Below, piece by piece: positions 7,628 to 16,043 of a stretch of 32,000 bases of DNA. A program made the translations under genes and the position numbers. Origin of the DNA: Erysipelotrichaceae bacterium (GTDB taxonomy: Bacteria > Bacillota_I > Bacilli_A > Erysipelotrichales > Erysipelotrichaceae). The notes below the pieces were generated by a model. The model searched no databases. It was not told where the DNA came from and worked only from the letters and a program-made list of their open reading frames with translations. The stretch covers positions 330,001 to 362,000 of the forward strand of contig OY781039.1 of the NCBI GenBank assembly GCA_963676105.1, written 5' to 3'. The number at the start of each line of letters is the position of its first letter. The first letter of the stretch is position 1.

Positions 7628-7698
7628 AAGATTTCTTAGTTTTTATGAAAAGCCTTGCCAAAATGCTCCATTTGATAGAAGTATCACAAAGCCTTCGT

Positions 7699-7704
7699 TA
7701 TAAT
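7699..7704 (+). promoter_or_regulatory. -10 box TATAAT for GH4 copy 1
   Basis: It lies inside the duplicated GCCTTCGTTATAATG block. The only -35-like hexamer (TTGATA) is 21 nt away, so the -35 is unclear. The SD AGGAGA is at 7729-7734. Confidence 0.4.
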
Positions 7705-7740
7705 GGCGTAGATTTAAACGTCAAAAAAAGGAGACAATAA

Positions 7741-9105
7741 ATGAAAATCGTTACTATTGGTGGTGGTAGTTCTTACACACCAGAACTTATTGAAGGTTTT
7801 ATCAAACGACAAGATGAATTACCTTTAAAAGAAATTTGGTTAGTTGATGTTGAAGAAGGTAAAGAAAAACTAGAAATCGTTGGCGCAATGGCACAACGTA
7901 TGGTAAAAGCAGCTGGTTTAGATTGGGAAGTTCATTTAACTCTAAATCGTCGTGAAGCTTTAAAAGACGCTGACTTTGTCACAACTCAATTCCGTGTTGG
8001 ATTACTTGATGCACGTATTCGTGATGAAAGAATTCCTTTAAGTTATGGCATGATGGGACAAGAAACTAATGGTGCTGGGGGTATGATGAAAGCTTTCCGT
8101 ACTATCCCTGTAATCTTAGGTATTATTGAAGATATGAAAGAATTATGTCCAAATGCTTGGTTAATTAACTTCACAAATCCATCAGGTATGGTGACTGAAG
8201 CTGCAATCAAAAAAGGTGGATGGAATAAAACGATTGGTTTATGTAATGTTCCTATTGGACACATTGCTTCATCTAATGCAGTTATGGGTTATGAAGAATT
8301 CGATACAACTTTATTCTACAAATTTGCTGGTCTAAATCACTTCCACTGGCATAGAGTTTGGGATGAAAAGGGTAATGAAATTACTGATTATCTAATCGAA
8401 CAAGTTTACAATCCTGAAAACAAAGCAAAATATGAAGGTATGAAAAATATCCGTAACCTTCCTATCAACTATGATCTAATTAAAAAGACTGGTCTATTAC
8501 CATGTGGATATCACCGTTACTACTATATTTCTGATGATATGCTACATGAAGAACTTGAAGCGTTTGAAAAACACGAAACTCGTGCTGAAACAGTTAAGAA
8601 AACTGAAGCAGAACTCTTCGAACTTTATAAAGATCCAAAATTGGATTACAAACCTGAACAATTGACTAAACGTGGTGGGACTCACTACTCAGATGCAGCT
8701 TGTGAAGTTATCGCATCTATCGTTAATGACAAACGTACTACAATGGTTGTTTCAACACAAAACAATGGTACAATCACTGATTTACCATATGATTGTATTG
8801 TTGAAGTTTCTTCAATCATCACATCACATGGTGCTGAACCTCTAAACTGGGGCGGTTTTGAACCAGGAGCTCGTGGTATCTTACAAGTTCAAAAAGCAAT
8901 GGAAGAAGTTGTTATTGAAGCAGCTGTATCAGGTGATTATGGAACTGCTTTAGAAGCATTCACAGTTAACCCAATCGTTCCATCAGGTAAATTGGCAAAA
9001 GATTGCTTAGATGAAATGTTAGTGGCTAATAAAGACTACTTACCACAATTCAAATCAACAATTGCTGATCTTGAAAAAGCTGGCGTTGTCTACAAAAAGT
9101 TATAA
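7741..9105 (+). CDS. Glycoside hydrolase family 4 6-phospho-beta-glucosidase (CelF/LicH-like), copy 1
   Basis: It has the N-terminal NAD-binding motif MKIVTIGGGSSYTPEL, the GLCNVP Cys motif, GLNHF and a length of about 450 aa. Confidence 0.9.
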   Translation: MKIVTIGGGSSYTPELIEGFIKRQDELPLKEIWLVDVEEGKEKLEIVGAMAQRMVKAAGLDWEVHLTLNRREALKDADFVTTQFRVGLLDARIRDERIPLSYGMMGQETNGAGGMMKAFRTIPVILGIIEDMKELCPNAWLINFTNPSGMVTEAAIKKGGWNKTIGLCNVPIGHIASSNAVMGYEEFDTTLFYKFAGLNHFHWHRVWDEKGNEITDYLIEQVYNPENKAKYEGMKNIRNLPINYDLIKKTGLLPCGYHRYYYISDDMLHEELEAFEKHETRAETVKKTEAELFELYKDPKLDYKPEQLTKRGGTHYSDAACEVIASIVNDKRTTMVVSTQNNGTITDLPYDCIVEVSSIITSHGAEPLNWGGFEPGARGILQVQKAMEEVVIEAAVSGDYGTALEAFTVNPIVPSGKLAKDCLDEMLVANKDYLPQFKSTIADLEKAGVVYKKL

Positions 9106-9113
9106 TTTAAATT

Positions 9114-9142
9114 AAGAATCCTTTCCGTAGGGTTCTTTTTTT
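9114..9142 (+). terminator. Rho-independent terminator
   Basis: AAGAATCC-8 nt loop-GGGTTCTT hairpin (one G.U pair) followed by T7. Confidence 0.8.
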
Positions 9143-9229
9143 AGTATCAAGCTTTTTCAATAATAAAGCGTCATTTTGAAAAACTGTTCCAAAATTTGGA
9201 TATTGCTTTAAGACTATCATGGCCTTCGT

Positions 9230-9235
9230 TATAAT
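9230..9235 (+). promoter_or_regulatory. -10 box TATAAT for GH4 copy 2
   Basis: Same duplicated block as at 7699. It is followed by a CTGAC-AGTAAA-GTCAG hairpin (9241-9256) that copy 1 lacks. The SD AAGGAGA is at 9268-9274. Confidence 0.4.
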
Positions 9236-9280
9236 GAACCCTGACAGTAAAGTCAGAAAACACACAAAAGGAGACAAATT

Positions 9281-10636
9281 ATGAAAATTGTTACTATTGG
9301 TGGTGGTAGTTCTTATACACCAGAACTCATTGAAGGTTTTATTAAACGTCAAGATGAGTTACCTATCAAAGAACTTTGGTTAGTTGATGTAGAAGAAGGT
9401 AAAGAAAAATTAGAAATCGTTGGTGCGATGGCTCAACGTATGGTTAAAGCAGCTGGCTTAGATTGGAAAGTTAACTTAACTTTAGATCGCCGCGAAGCTT
9501 TAAAAGATGCAGACTTTGTTTCAACTCAATTTAGAGTAGGACTCTTAGATGCTCGTATTCGTGATGAAAGAATTCCTCTAAGTCATGGCATGATTGGTCA
9601 AGAAACCAATGGTGCTGGTGGTATGATGAAAGCTTTCCGTACAATTCCTGTTATCTTAGGTATCATTGAAGATATGAAAGAATTGTGTCCAAATGCTTGG
9701 TTAGTTAACTTCACAAATCCATCAGGAATGGTTACTGAAGCTGCAATCAATGTCGGTGGATGGAAACGTACAGTTGGTTTATGTAATGTGCCTATTGTTA
9801 TGCAAAAAATGAGTGAAGAAGCAATGAAAAACGAAGAAGGATTATTCTTCAAATTTGCTGGTTTAAATCACTTTGTATGGCATAAAGTTTGGAATAATAA
9901 AGGTGAAGAAGTCACTGACGAAATCATTGATCGTGTCTATCATCCAGATCGTAAAGAAGAATTTGTTGGCGTACGAAATATCCGTAACTTCCCACTAAAC
10001 TATGATCAAGTTAAAGATACTCACTTACTACCTTGTCCATATCACCGTTACTACTACATCACTGATGATATGTTGAACGATGAATTAGAAGAATTCAAAG
10101 AAGGTAAAGTACGTGCTCAAGTTGTTAAGAAAACTGAAGCAGAACTCTTTGAACTTTATAAAGATCCAAAACTCGATTACAAACCAGAACAACTCACAAA
10201 ACGTGGTGGTACTTATTACTCAGATGCTGCATGTGAACTCATCGCATCAATCTACAATGATAAGAAAACTCGTATGGTTGTTAATACAACAAATAAAGGT
10301 GCAATTTCAGATTTACCTTATGATTGTGCAATTGAAATCAGTGCACAAATCACATCACATGGTCCTGAAGCAGATAATTGGGGTTCATTTGATACAGGTT
10401 CACGCGGTATGATTCAAGTTCAAAAAGCAATGGAAGAATTAACCATCGCTGCAGCCGTTACTGGTGATTATGGTAAAGCATTACAAGCCTTTACAGTTAA
10501 CCCACTTGTTCCAGCTGGTAAACTCGCAAAAGCTTGTTTAGATGAAATGTTAGTCGCTAATAAAGACTACTTACCACAATTTAAAGAAACAATTGCAAAG
10601 CTTGAAGCTGAAGGCGTTGTATACAAAAAGTTATAA
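9281..10636 (+). CDS. Glycoside hydrolase family 4 6-phospho-beta-glucosidase, copy 2
   Basis: It carries the same motifs as copy 1. The central third (about residues 172-290) diverges from copy 1. Confidence 0.9.
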   Translation: MKIVTIGGGSSYTPELIEGFIKRQDELPIKELWLVDVEEGKEKLEIVGAMAQRMVKAAGLDWKVNLTLDRREALKDADFVSTQFRVGLLDARIRDERIPLSHGMIGQETNGAGGMMKAFRTIPVILGIIEDMKELCPNAWLVNFTNPSGMVTEAAINVGGWKRTVGLCNVPIVMQKMSEEAMKNEEGLFFKFAGLNHFVWHKVWNNKGEEVTDEIIDRVYHPDRKEEFVGVRNIRNFPLNYDQVKDTHLLPCPYHRYYYITDDMLNDELEEFKEGKVRAQVVKKTEAELFELYKDPKLDYKPEQLTKRGGTYYSDAACELIASIYNDKKTRMVVNTTNKGAISDLPYDCAIEISAQITSHGPEADNWGSFDTGSRGMIQVQKAMEELTIAAAVTGDYGKALQAFTVNPLVPAGKLAKACLDEMLVANKDYLPQFKETIAKLEAEGVVYKKL

Positions 10637-10640
10637 TCTA

Positions 10641-10675
10641 AAAAAAGATTCCTAGTCGTCATAGGAATCTTTTTT
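10641..10675. terminator. Bidirectional terminator shared by convergent genes
   Basis: A 12-bp perfect stem (AAAAGATTCCTA / TAGGAATCTTTT) with a 7-nt loop, an A-run on one side and a T-run on the other. The last codons and the stop (10652-10654) of the minus-strand gene lie inside the hairpin. Confidence 0.8.
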
Positions 10676-11179
10676 AGTGTAACGCTCTGGATGTTTTTCT
10701 TTGGCATAATCACTCGCTTCTTTACCAGTCATGTGTTCGATATCAATCGCAACCATGGCTGTATGTGGAGCGCTTTTTATTTTATCTATAATCATTTGTT
10801 GAGGAAGGATATAACAGTATTTATCGTTTAAAGCTTTAAAACCTTCAAACCACTCAGGATCATTTGAATCTAAAAGTCTTGCTTTCCCAAAGACATGAGC
10901 AGATCTAAAGAATGAAGTATAGAGTTCAGGAACAACTGTATCTTCATCGATAACAGTAAACGATACTTTTGAGTGTTTTTGAATCGCATCCATTTTATGG
11001 CCGCTTTTAGATGAGTGAAAATAGATTTTGTGATTATGATACACAAAACTAATGGGTATCGCATAAGGGTAATCATCATCACCTAATAAGCCCAATACAC
11101 CATTTGTACGACGTTTGAAGATATCAATGATTTCTGTATCATCTAATCTTTGATTTATGCGTTTGAGTTCTCTAAACAT
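10652..11179 (-). CDS. Pyridoxamine 5'-phosphate oxidase-like (FMN-binding split-barrel, NimA-type) family protein
   Basis: The pattern RRTNGVLGLLGDDDYPYAIPISFVY...KIYFHSSKSGHKMDAI...VSFTV is typical of the PNPOx-like family. Its ATG overlaps the upstream stop (TAATG). Confidence 0.75.
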   Translation of the reverse strand: MFRELKRINQRLDDTEIIDIFKRRTNGVLGLLGDDDYPYAIPISFVYHNHKIYFHSSKSGHKMDAIQKHSKVSFTVIDEDTVVPELYTSFFRSAHVFGKARLLDSNDPEWFEGFKALNDKYCYILPQQMIIDKIKSAPHTAMVAIDIEHMTGKEASDYAKEKHPERYTKKDSYDD

Positions 11180-12306
11180 TAGATAATTGCCTCTATTAAA
11201 TCTTTTCTCTCACTAGGATTATTTAATTCATTTACCATCTTTTCAACGACCTCTTCAAAGCGTCCATCATAGATACGATAACTAGCCGCAAACATTAAAT
11301 TTAGTGGAGCTTCAAAATCTTCAACATTCAAGCCATTAATGTCACGTGGTAATTCAGCAGCACCATCATTTGGGATACGCTCAACCATAGGACGTGTGTC
11401 TGACATATAGGCAAATAGTTTTTTACCTAGTTGAAAAGCCATACCACATTCGAACGCAACATCATCATTGGGTTCATAACCTTGATAATCACTTAGATTA
11501 GCTAAAATAATGTCACAGTTACGGACATGTTGTTGATAGTGGTCGAATTGATTGTAAGCTTTCTCGTATTTATCATCTGTTTCAATGACTTCAACACCAA
11601 CTGCTTTATCAAGCGGGGTTAGGACATCAAAACCTTTTGCTTCTAATACAGATTTCATAGACGCATATTGTTCTTTCGCATCATTGTCGTAACGTTCAAA
11701 ACTAGAGAGATAAACAACTGGTTTTTCACTTGTATAAGTTCTTTTAGGCGTGATTATTTTTGTTTCTAAATAACGGTTGGCTTTATTTCTTGAGGATTCT
11801 TCGATGTCTAGTGTTAATGCTTGAAGTGCATCAGAGAAGTTTCCTTCAACTACTTTACATGCTCCCATGATACATGGGCCAAAGGGAAGGGTGCGATTGG
11901 CAAGGATTCTTCCATCTGAATCAATTTGAGTATCGTTGATATATTTAGCAGAAGGATATTTCATTCCATTTGATCTTTTATCACGTGTATAGGCATAACA
12001 TTTTGCACCTTTCGCATAAGCCATACCAATTTCATAAACGGTTCCACCATCTGGCATAAATCCACGATAGGTTTCTAAATTTGCGATAATGGTCGTTGTT
12101 TCATTAATTGAATCACGGCAGTTCTTAAATATCGCTGCACTGAGTGAGCGCTTATTTCCTTTTTCGAATTCCAATTGTTTTTCATTAGGTAATGCGACAT
12201 TGTAGCCATGAAATTCAGCTTCTTGACGCCAAGAATGCCACATTTTTAAACCATTTTCATAAAATACTAAAGGTCCTGCAATATATAAACTTTCATCTTT
12301 AATCAT
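11179..12306 (-). CDS. Tandem (2x) nucleoside 2-deoxyribosyltransferase-fold protein
   Basis: It has two homologous halves. Half 1 has LYIAGPL and IIANLETYRGFMPDGGTVYEIGMAYAKGAKCYAY. Half 2 has VYLSSFE and ILANLSDYQGYEPNDDVAFECGMAFQLGKKLFAY. The SD AGAGGA lies upstream of the ATG at 12306. Confidence 0.7.
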   Translation of the reverse strand: MIKDESLYIAGPLVFYENGLKMWHSWRQEAEFHGYNVALPNEKQLEFEKGNKRSLSAAIFKNCRDSINETTTIIANLETYRGFMPDGGTVYEIGMAYAKGAKCYAYTRDKRSNGMKYPSAKYINDTQIDSDGRILANRTLPFGPCIMGACKVVEGNFSDALQALTLDIEESSRNKANRYLETKIITPKRTYTSEKPVVYLSSFERYDNDAKEQYASMKSVLEAKGFDVLTPLDKAVGVEVIETDDKYEKAYNQFDHYQQHVRNCDIILANLSDYQGYEPNDDVAFECGMAFQLGKKLFAYMSDTRPMVERIPNDGAAELPRDINGLNVEDFEAPLNLMFAASYRIYDGRFEEVVEKMVNELNNPSERKDLIEAII

Positions 12307-12405
12307 ATAAAATCCTCTTTCTTAACTCTTTATAGTGTAAACAATTATTTTTAATTTTTAAACAGTTAAACGAAGCGTTGCATGATAATCAGTCCTATAA
12401 AAAGA

Positions 12406-12411
12406 TATAAT
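12406..12411 (+). promoter_or_regulatory. -10 box TATAAT exactly 6 nt upstream of the ATG at 12418 (leaderless spacing)
   Basis: TATAAT at 12406-12411 followed by AGTAAT and then ATG. There is no SD and no good -35. Confidence 0.3.
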
Positions 12412-12417
12412 AGTAAT

Positions 12418-13623
12418 ATGAAGAAATTTCTATACAGTTTACTAGGGATAATAGTGATTGCGACAATTACTGGTATTGCTTATCGCTATTATGAAATTAA
12501 ACAATTTGATCCACCTCAACAAAGTGTCTATTTTGATGACTTTGAAATTCATTATGATCAAGCAAGTGTAAACTATGATCTCATAGGCTCTTTTTATCAA
12601 ATGACTGTACACTACGCAGTTGATAGTGTTTTACCTAAAGTTGTTTTAAATAATGTTGAACATATGATAAATGCCCCTGATATTGCGGTTATTTCAGTTA
12701 AGACACCAAGTGGTGAAATAATAAATGTTGATGATCCCGAAAACATATTGCTTAGAGAAGATGGACTCTATCAATTTGAAATTATTATCGAAGAAAAAGA
12801 TTTGTATACTGAATATCATTTTGATGTGAATATTAAACTAGAACCAGTGATTACTTTACCGGATTTGACATCAATTCAAGGGGATATTTTATATTTTGAA
12901 ATTAATAATGCGCCACTAAATAGTGAAGTTAATGTGCTAAGTGATTTTAGTGAGAGTAATATCTATCAAGAAGATAATACAATTCTATTCTATATCCCTA
13001 TGTGGTATGCCGCTGAAGTAAAAGAATATCCACTAACGATTAACTTAAATGATGAAACCTATGCTTATGTGATTGATTTGGAATCCTATGAATTTAGAGA
13101 GCTGCATTTTACAGTTGCGACTTCAACTGTCACATCAACCGTTGGTAATCCAAATGCAGCCCCAGAGTATCGAGAAATTATTTATCCTACCTATGAGAGT
13201 GCAATTGATGAAGTATATTGGGAAAACAACTTTATTATGCCAGTCCTTGATGCGCGAATTTCATCATATTTTGGTGATATGCGATATGTGAATGATGCGA
13301 CTGTACCTACTCGTCATGTTGGCATAGATTATGCGATTGAATGTGGAACGGATGTACTTGCAAGTAATGGTGGAGAAGTTATTGTTGCTTATAATTTAAT
13401 CATGATAGGGAATACAGTTGTGATTGATCATGGTTTAGGTTTAAAAACTTATTATGAACATATGCAAGATCTCAATGTTGAAGTGGGAGATATTGTTGAA
13501 AAAGGGGATATCATAGGACATGTGGGAACAACAGGCTATTCAACAGGTTGTCATCTACATTTTCAGTCAATGGTTAAAAACCAGTCATTCAATCCTGAAT
13601 TCTTATACACATGGATGGATTAA
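12418..13623 (+). CDS. Membrane-anchored M23 (LytM-type) metallopeptidase
   Basis: The C-terminus has HVGIDYA...GHVGTTGYSTGCHLHF. I chose the ATG at 12418 (MKKFLYSLLGIIVIATITGIAY, a typical signal anchor) rather than the ORF-track ATG at 12382. Confidence 0.8.
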   Translation: MKKFLYSLLGIIVIATITGIAYRYYEIKQFDPPQQSVYFDDFEIHYDQASVNYDLIGSFYQMTVHYAVDSVLPKVVLNNVEHMINAPDIAVISVKTPSGEIINVDDPENILLREDGLYQFEIIIEEKDLYTEYHFDVNIKLEPVITLPDLTSIQGDILYFEINNAPLNSEVNVLSDFSESNIYQEDNTILFYIPMWYAAEVKEYPLTINLNDETYAYVIDLESYEFRELHFTVATSTVTSTVGNPNAAPEYREIIYPTYESAIDEVYWENNFIMPVLDARISSYFGDMRYVNDATVPTRHVGIDYAIECGTDVLASNGGEVIVAYNLIMIGNTVVIDHGLGLKTYYEHMQDLNVEVGDIVEKGDIIGHVGTTGYSTGCHLHFQSMVKNQSFNPEFLYTWMD

Positions 13624-13648
13624 AAAAGAGCTTTTTTTGCTCTTTTTA
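13622..13648. terminator. Bidirectional terminator between convergent genes
   Basis: AAAAGAGC-T7-GCTCTTTT hairpin. The stop of the minus-strand gene (13646-13648) overlaps its 3' arm. Confidence 0.75.
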
Positions 13649-14950
13649 CAAACTATCTGATATTTCTTGCGCCATACGATTAAATTCTGACATTTGATCA
13701 TGTGTCTCTTTGATAATTTCTTTGATATCTTGTCCAACAAGTTTTTTATTTTGTACTCGTTGTATACCATTAACCCAAACACTATCAACATTATGAGCTT
13801 GAGCGCTGTATACAAGAACAGCATACGGATCATGTATAGGGAACATATTAACAGATTCAGTTTCGATTAAGACTAAGTCTGCCTTTTTGCCCACCTCTAA
13901 TGAACCAACTTCTGTGTCTATGCCTAACACGCGTGCTCCACCAATTGTGGCGATGGAGAGTAGATCTTTTGAATTAAATAAATGACGATCTTTATTTAAA
14001 TTCTTATGCATTTTTGCGGCAACATTCATTTGCATAAACATATCTAAATGTGAACCACTTGCTGGTCCATCTGTCCCAAATCCTACTTTAACCCCAGCTT
14101 CTACAAATTCTTTTAATGGCGCAATGCCTTTAGCGGCTTTGGTGTTCGCGTTAATACAATGCGCAACACCCACACCATATTTCTTTAGGATTTCAATATC
14201 CTTTGCATTGGCAGTAATTGTATGAGCAGAAATGAATTTATCATTTAAGATGCCCATTGATTCAAGAAATTGAACAGGGGTTGTATTCTTTTTATTGAAA
14301 TAGTCTAGTTCATAATCCATTTCTGATACATGCATACTAATTCTACAATTTGTTTCTTTTTGAAAATCTCTGATTTTATGCATCATATCTTCTGAAATAG
14401 TTGTAGTTGCATGAGGACCAACACAAGGGTAGATAGTTGGATGATTTTGCCATTTCTTGATTAATGCTTTAGCGAGTTCGAATCCTTCTTCTTCATTTCT
14501 TGCATCACATAAGTCTTTATCTAAGATGGTTTGAATCACAACTGATCTTAAACCCATTTGTTCATAAAGTTGGGCAAGATCATCACAGTAGTAATACATA
14601 TCCGCAACCGTTGTCATCCCACAAAGTAGACTTTCAGCAGCGCCAATTTTTGCGCTAGCGATTGTCAATTCTCTGTTCATAGTTGCTTTTTCAAGCGGGA
14701 AAACAAATAATCTTAAACGATCATATAGATCATCTTGTAGTGATCTAAAAGGAATCATAGAGAGGTGGGCATGTGTATTAATGAACCCAGGGGTTAAAAT
14801 ACCATTCTTACCATCGATTTTTTGATCGTATTCTACATCTTCATTGATGGCGATAATAGTGTCATCTTCAAAGGTAATAGATGAATTAAAGTAGGTATTT
14901 TGTTCTTGATCACATGTGAGTAGTGTAACGTTTTCGATTCTTGTTTTCAT
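13646..14950 (-). CDS. Amidohydrolase-superfamily deaminase (MtaD / guanine-deaminase / chlorohydrolase-like, COG0402)
   Basis: It has the HAH metal motif (INTHAHLSM), HVSE and TDGPASGSHLDMF. The substrate is not assignable from sequence. Its ATG overlaps the lacI-type gene stop (ATGA). Confidence 0.8.
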   Translation of the reverse strand: MKTRIENVTLLTCDQEQNTYFNSSITFEDDTIIAINEDVEYDQKIDGKNGILTPGFINTHAHLSMIPFRSLQDDLYDRLRLFVFPLEKATMNRELTIASAKIGAAESLLCGMTTVADMYYYCDDLAQLYEQMGLRSVVIQTILDKDLCDARNEEEGFELAKALIKKWQNHPTIYPCVGPHATTTISEDMMHKIRDFQKETNCRISMHVSEMDYELDYFNKKNTTPVQFLESMGILNDKFISAHTITANAKDIEILKKYGVGVAHCINANTKAAKGIAPLKEFVEAGVKVGFGTDGPASGSHLDMFMQMNVAAKMHKNLNKDRHLFNSKDLLSIATIGGARVLGIDTEVGSLEVGKKADLVLIETESVNMFPIHDPYAVLVYSAQAHNVDSVWVNGIQRVQNKKLVGQDIKEIIKETHDQMSEFNRMAQEISDSL

Positions 14951-15945
14951 TTTTTATCTCCTGTTGTTTGTCTAATGATTAAACGTGTATTTTTTTCTGT
15001 TGAAAAATCATTCAATGTTTTAGCTTCAATTTTTTCAATGAGATTAATCGTACTATCCCACCCCATCGCATATCGATTGGGACTAAAACTTGTTAGAGGG
15101 ATTTCTAAATAGACATTTGATTCAATATCGTCATACCCAATAACAGACATATCTTCAGGTACTTTAATATTTAGTTCTCTTAAAGCTTTTAATACACCAT
15201 ATGCAATTAGATCATTGGCACAACAAACTGCACTTGCATTTGTGAATTTTAATGGTTTCAATAGTTCGTTATATGCAGCTTCAGCAGTATAAGCAGAAAT
15301 ATGATGAATATTATGTGGATCAATTTGAATTTGTTTTTCATTTAAAGCTTTTTCGTATCCCTTTAAATATCGTTTTGTGTGCGCGTATACATCAGGTCCG
15401 GTAATACATAATATTTCATTGTGACCATGATTTAAAAGATATTTGGTTGATTCATATGCACCTAAGACATCGGCATAATCTTTCTCGGTTGCATGATTTT
15501 GACTCTTTATAAAACTAAAAGGGAAGTTAATCTTTAAATGGTTTTCCATAATTCTATTTTCAATTTGCACGCCAGACAGCAGCATTCCATCAATATGACG
15601 TGCTTGAAGTGAAGTAATGTATTCTATTTCTTTCTCTAAGATATTATCGGAATTACATAAAACTAAAGAATAGCCATATTTATTGGCACAATCTTCAGCA
15701 CCACGAATAACTTCTGCGAAGAAAGGGTTTCTAATATCAGGTAACATTAAAGCGATCAATTTCATTTGTCGATAGCGCATACTTTGAGCTAATAAAGAAG
15801 GTTTATAGTTTTCTTGTTTAATAATCTCTTTGACTCGCTCAATTGTTTTTTGATTTAAGTCATGATCTTTGCCGTTTATGACCTTGGAAACTGTTGTAAC
15901 TGAAACACCAGCTAGCTCAGCAATTTTTTTGATGGTTACACGCAT
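14947..15945 (-). CDS. LacI/PurR-family transcriptional regulator
   Basis: The N-terminal HTH is VTIKKIAELAGVSVTTVSKVING. The rest is a periplasmic-binding-protein-like sugar-binding core. Confidence 0.9.
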   Translation of the reverse strand: MRVTIKKIAELAGVSVTTVSKVINGKDHDLNQKTIERVKEIIKQENYKPSLLAQSMRYRQMKLIALMLPDIRNPFFAEVIRGAEDCANKYGYSLVLCNSDNILEKEIEYITSLQARHIDGMLLSGVQIENRIMENHLKINFPFSFIKSQNHATEKDYADVLGAYESTKYLLNHGHNEILCITGPDVYAHTKRYLKGYEKALNEKQIQIDPHNIHHISAYTAEAAYNELLKPLKFTNASAVCCANDLIAYGVLKALRELNIKVPEDMSVIGYDDIESNVYLEIPLTSFSPNRYAMGWDSTINLIEKIEAKTLNDFSTEKNTRLIIRQTTGDKK

Positions 15946-16029
15946 ATTATTTACCTACATAAAACTTTCAATTTAAGTCTATCAAAAATAAGGCGTTATA
16001 AACAATATAAAACGATAAATTTGTTAGTA

Positions 16030-16043
16030 CTAAAACGTTTTAG
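16030..16043. promoter_or_regulatory. Perfect 14-bp palindrome CTAAAACGTTTTAG, a candidate LacI-family operator
   Basis: It has a central CG and lies in the divergent intergenic region between the regulator gene and the transporter operon. Confidence 0.6.

Larger units (their letters stand above)
7660..10636 (+). repeat. Tandem duplication of promoter plus GH4 gene (two units of about 1.5 kb)
   Basis: The upstream blocks CCAAAAT-N26-GCCTTCGTTATAATG align with identical spacing (7660-7705 and 9189-9236). The first 60 coding nt match at 57 of 60 positions. About 157 of the first 171 residues are identical by eye. Confidence 0.85.

Noticed and set aside
9107-9352. Minus-strand ORF 9107..9352 and a 21-codon plus-strand uORF (9219..9284) in the GH4 intergenic region
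   Set aside because: The first spans a terminator, a promoter and the start of GH4 copy 2. The uORF has no RBS, starts upstream of the -10 box, and is not conserved in the homologous copy-1 leader, which reads ATG-GCG-TAG.
8043-10412. ORFs 8043..8264(-), 9598..9852(-) and 10113..10412(+) inside the GH4 genes
   Set aside because: They are antisense or out of frame within strongly supported GH4 coding sequence. The two minus-strand ORFs resemble each other only because the underlying genes are duplicated.
13603-13833. ORF 13603..13833(-)
   Set aside because: It runs across the bidirectional terminator and out of frame over the amidohydrolase 3' end. It has no RBS.
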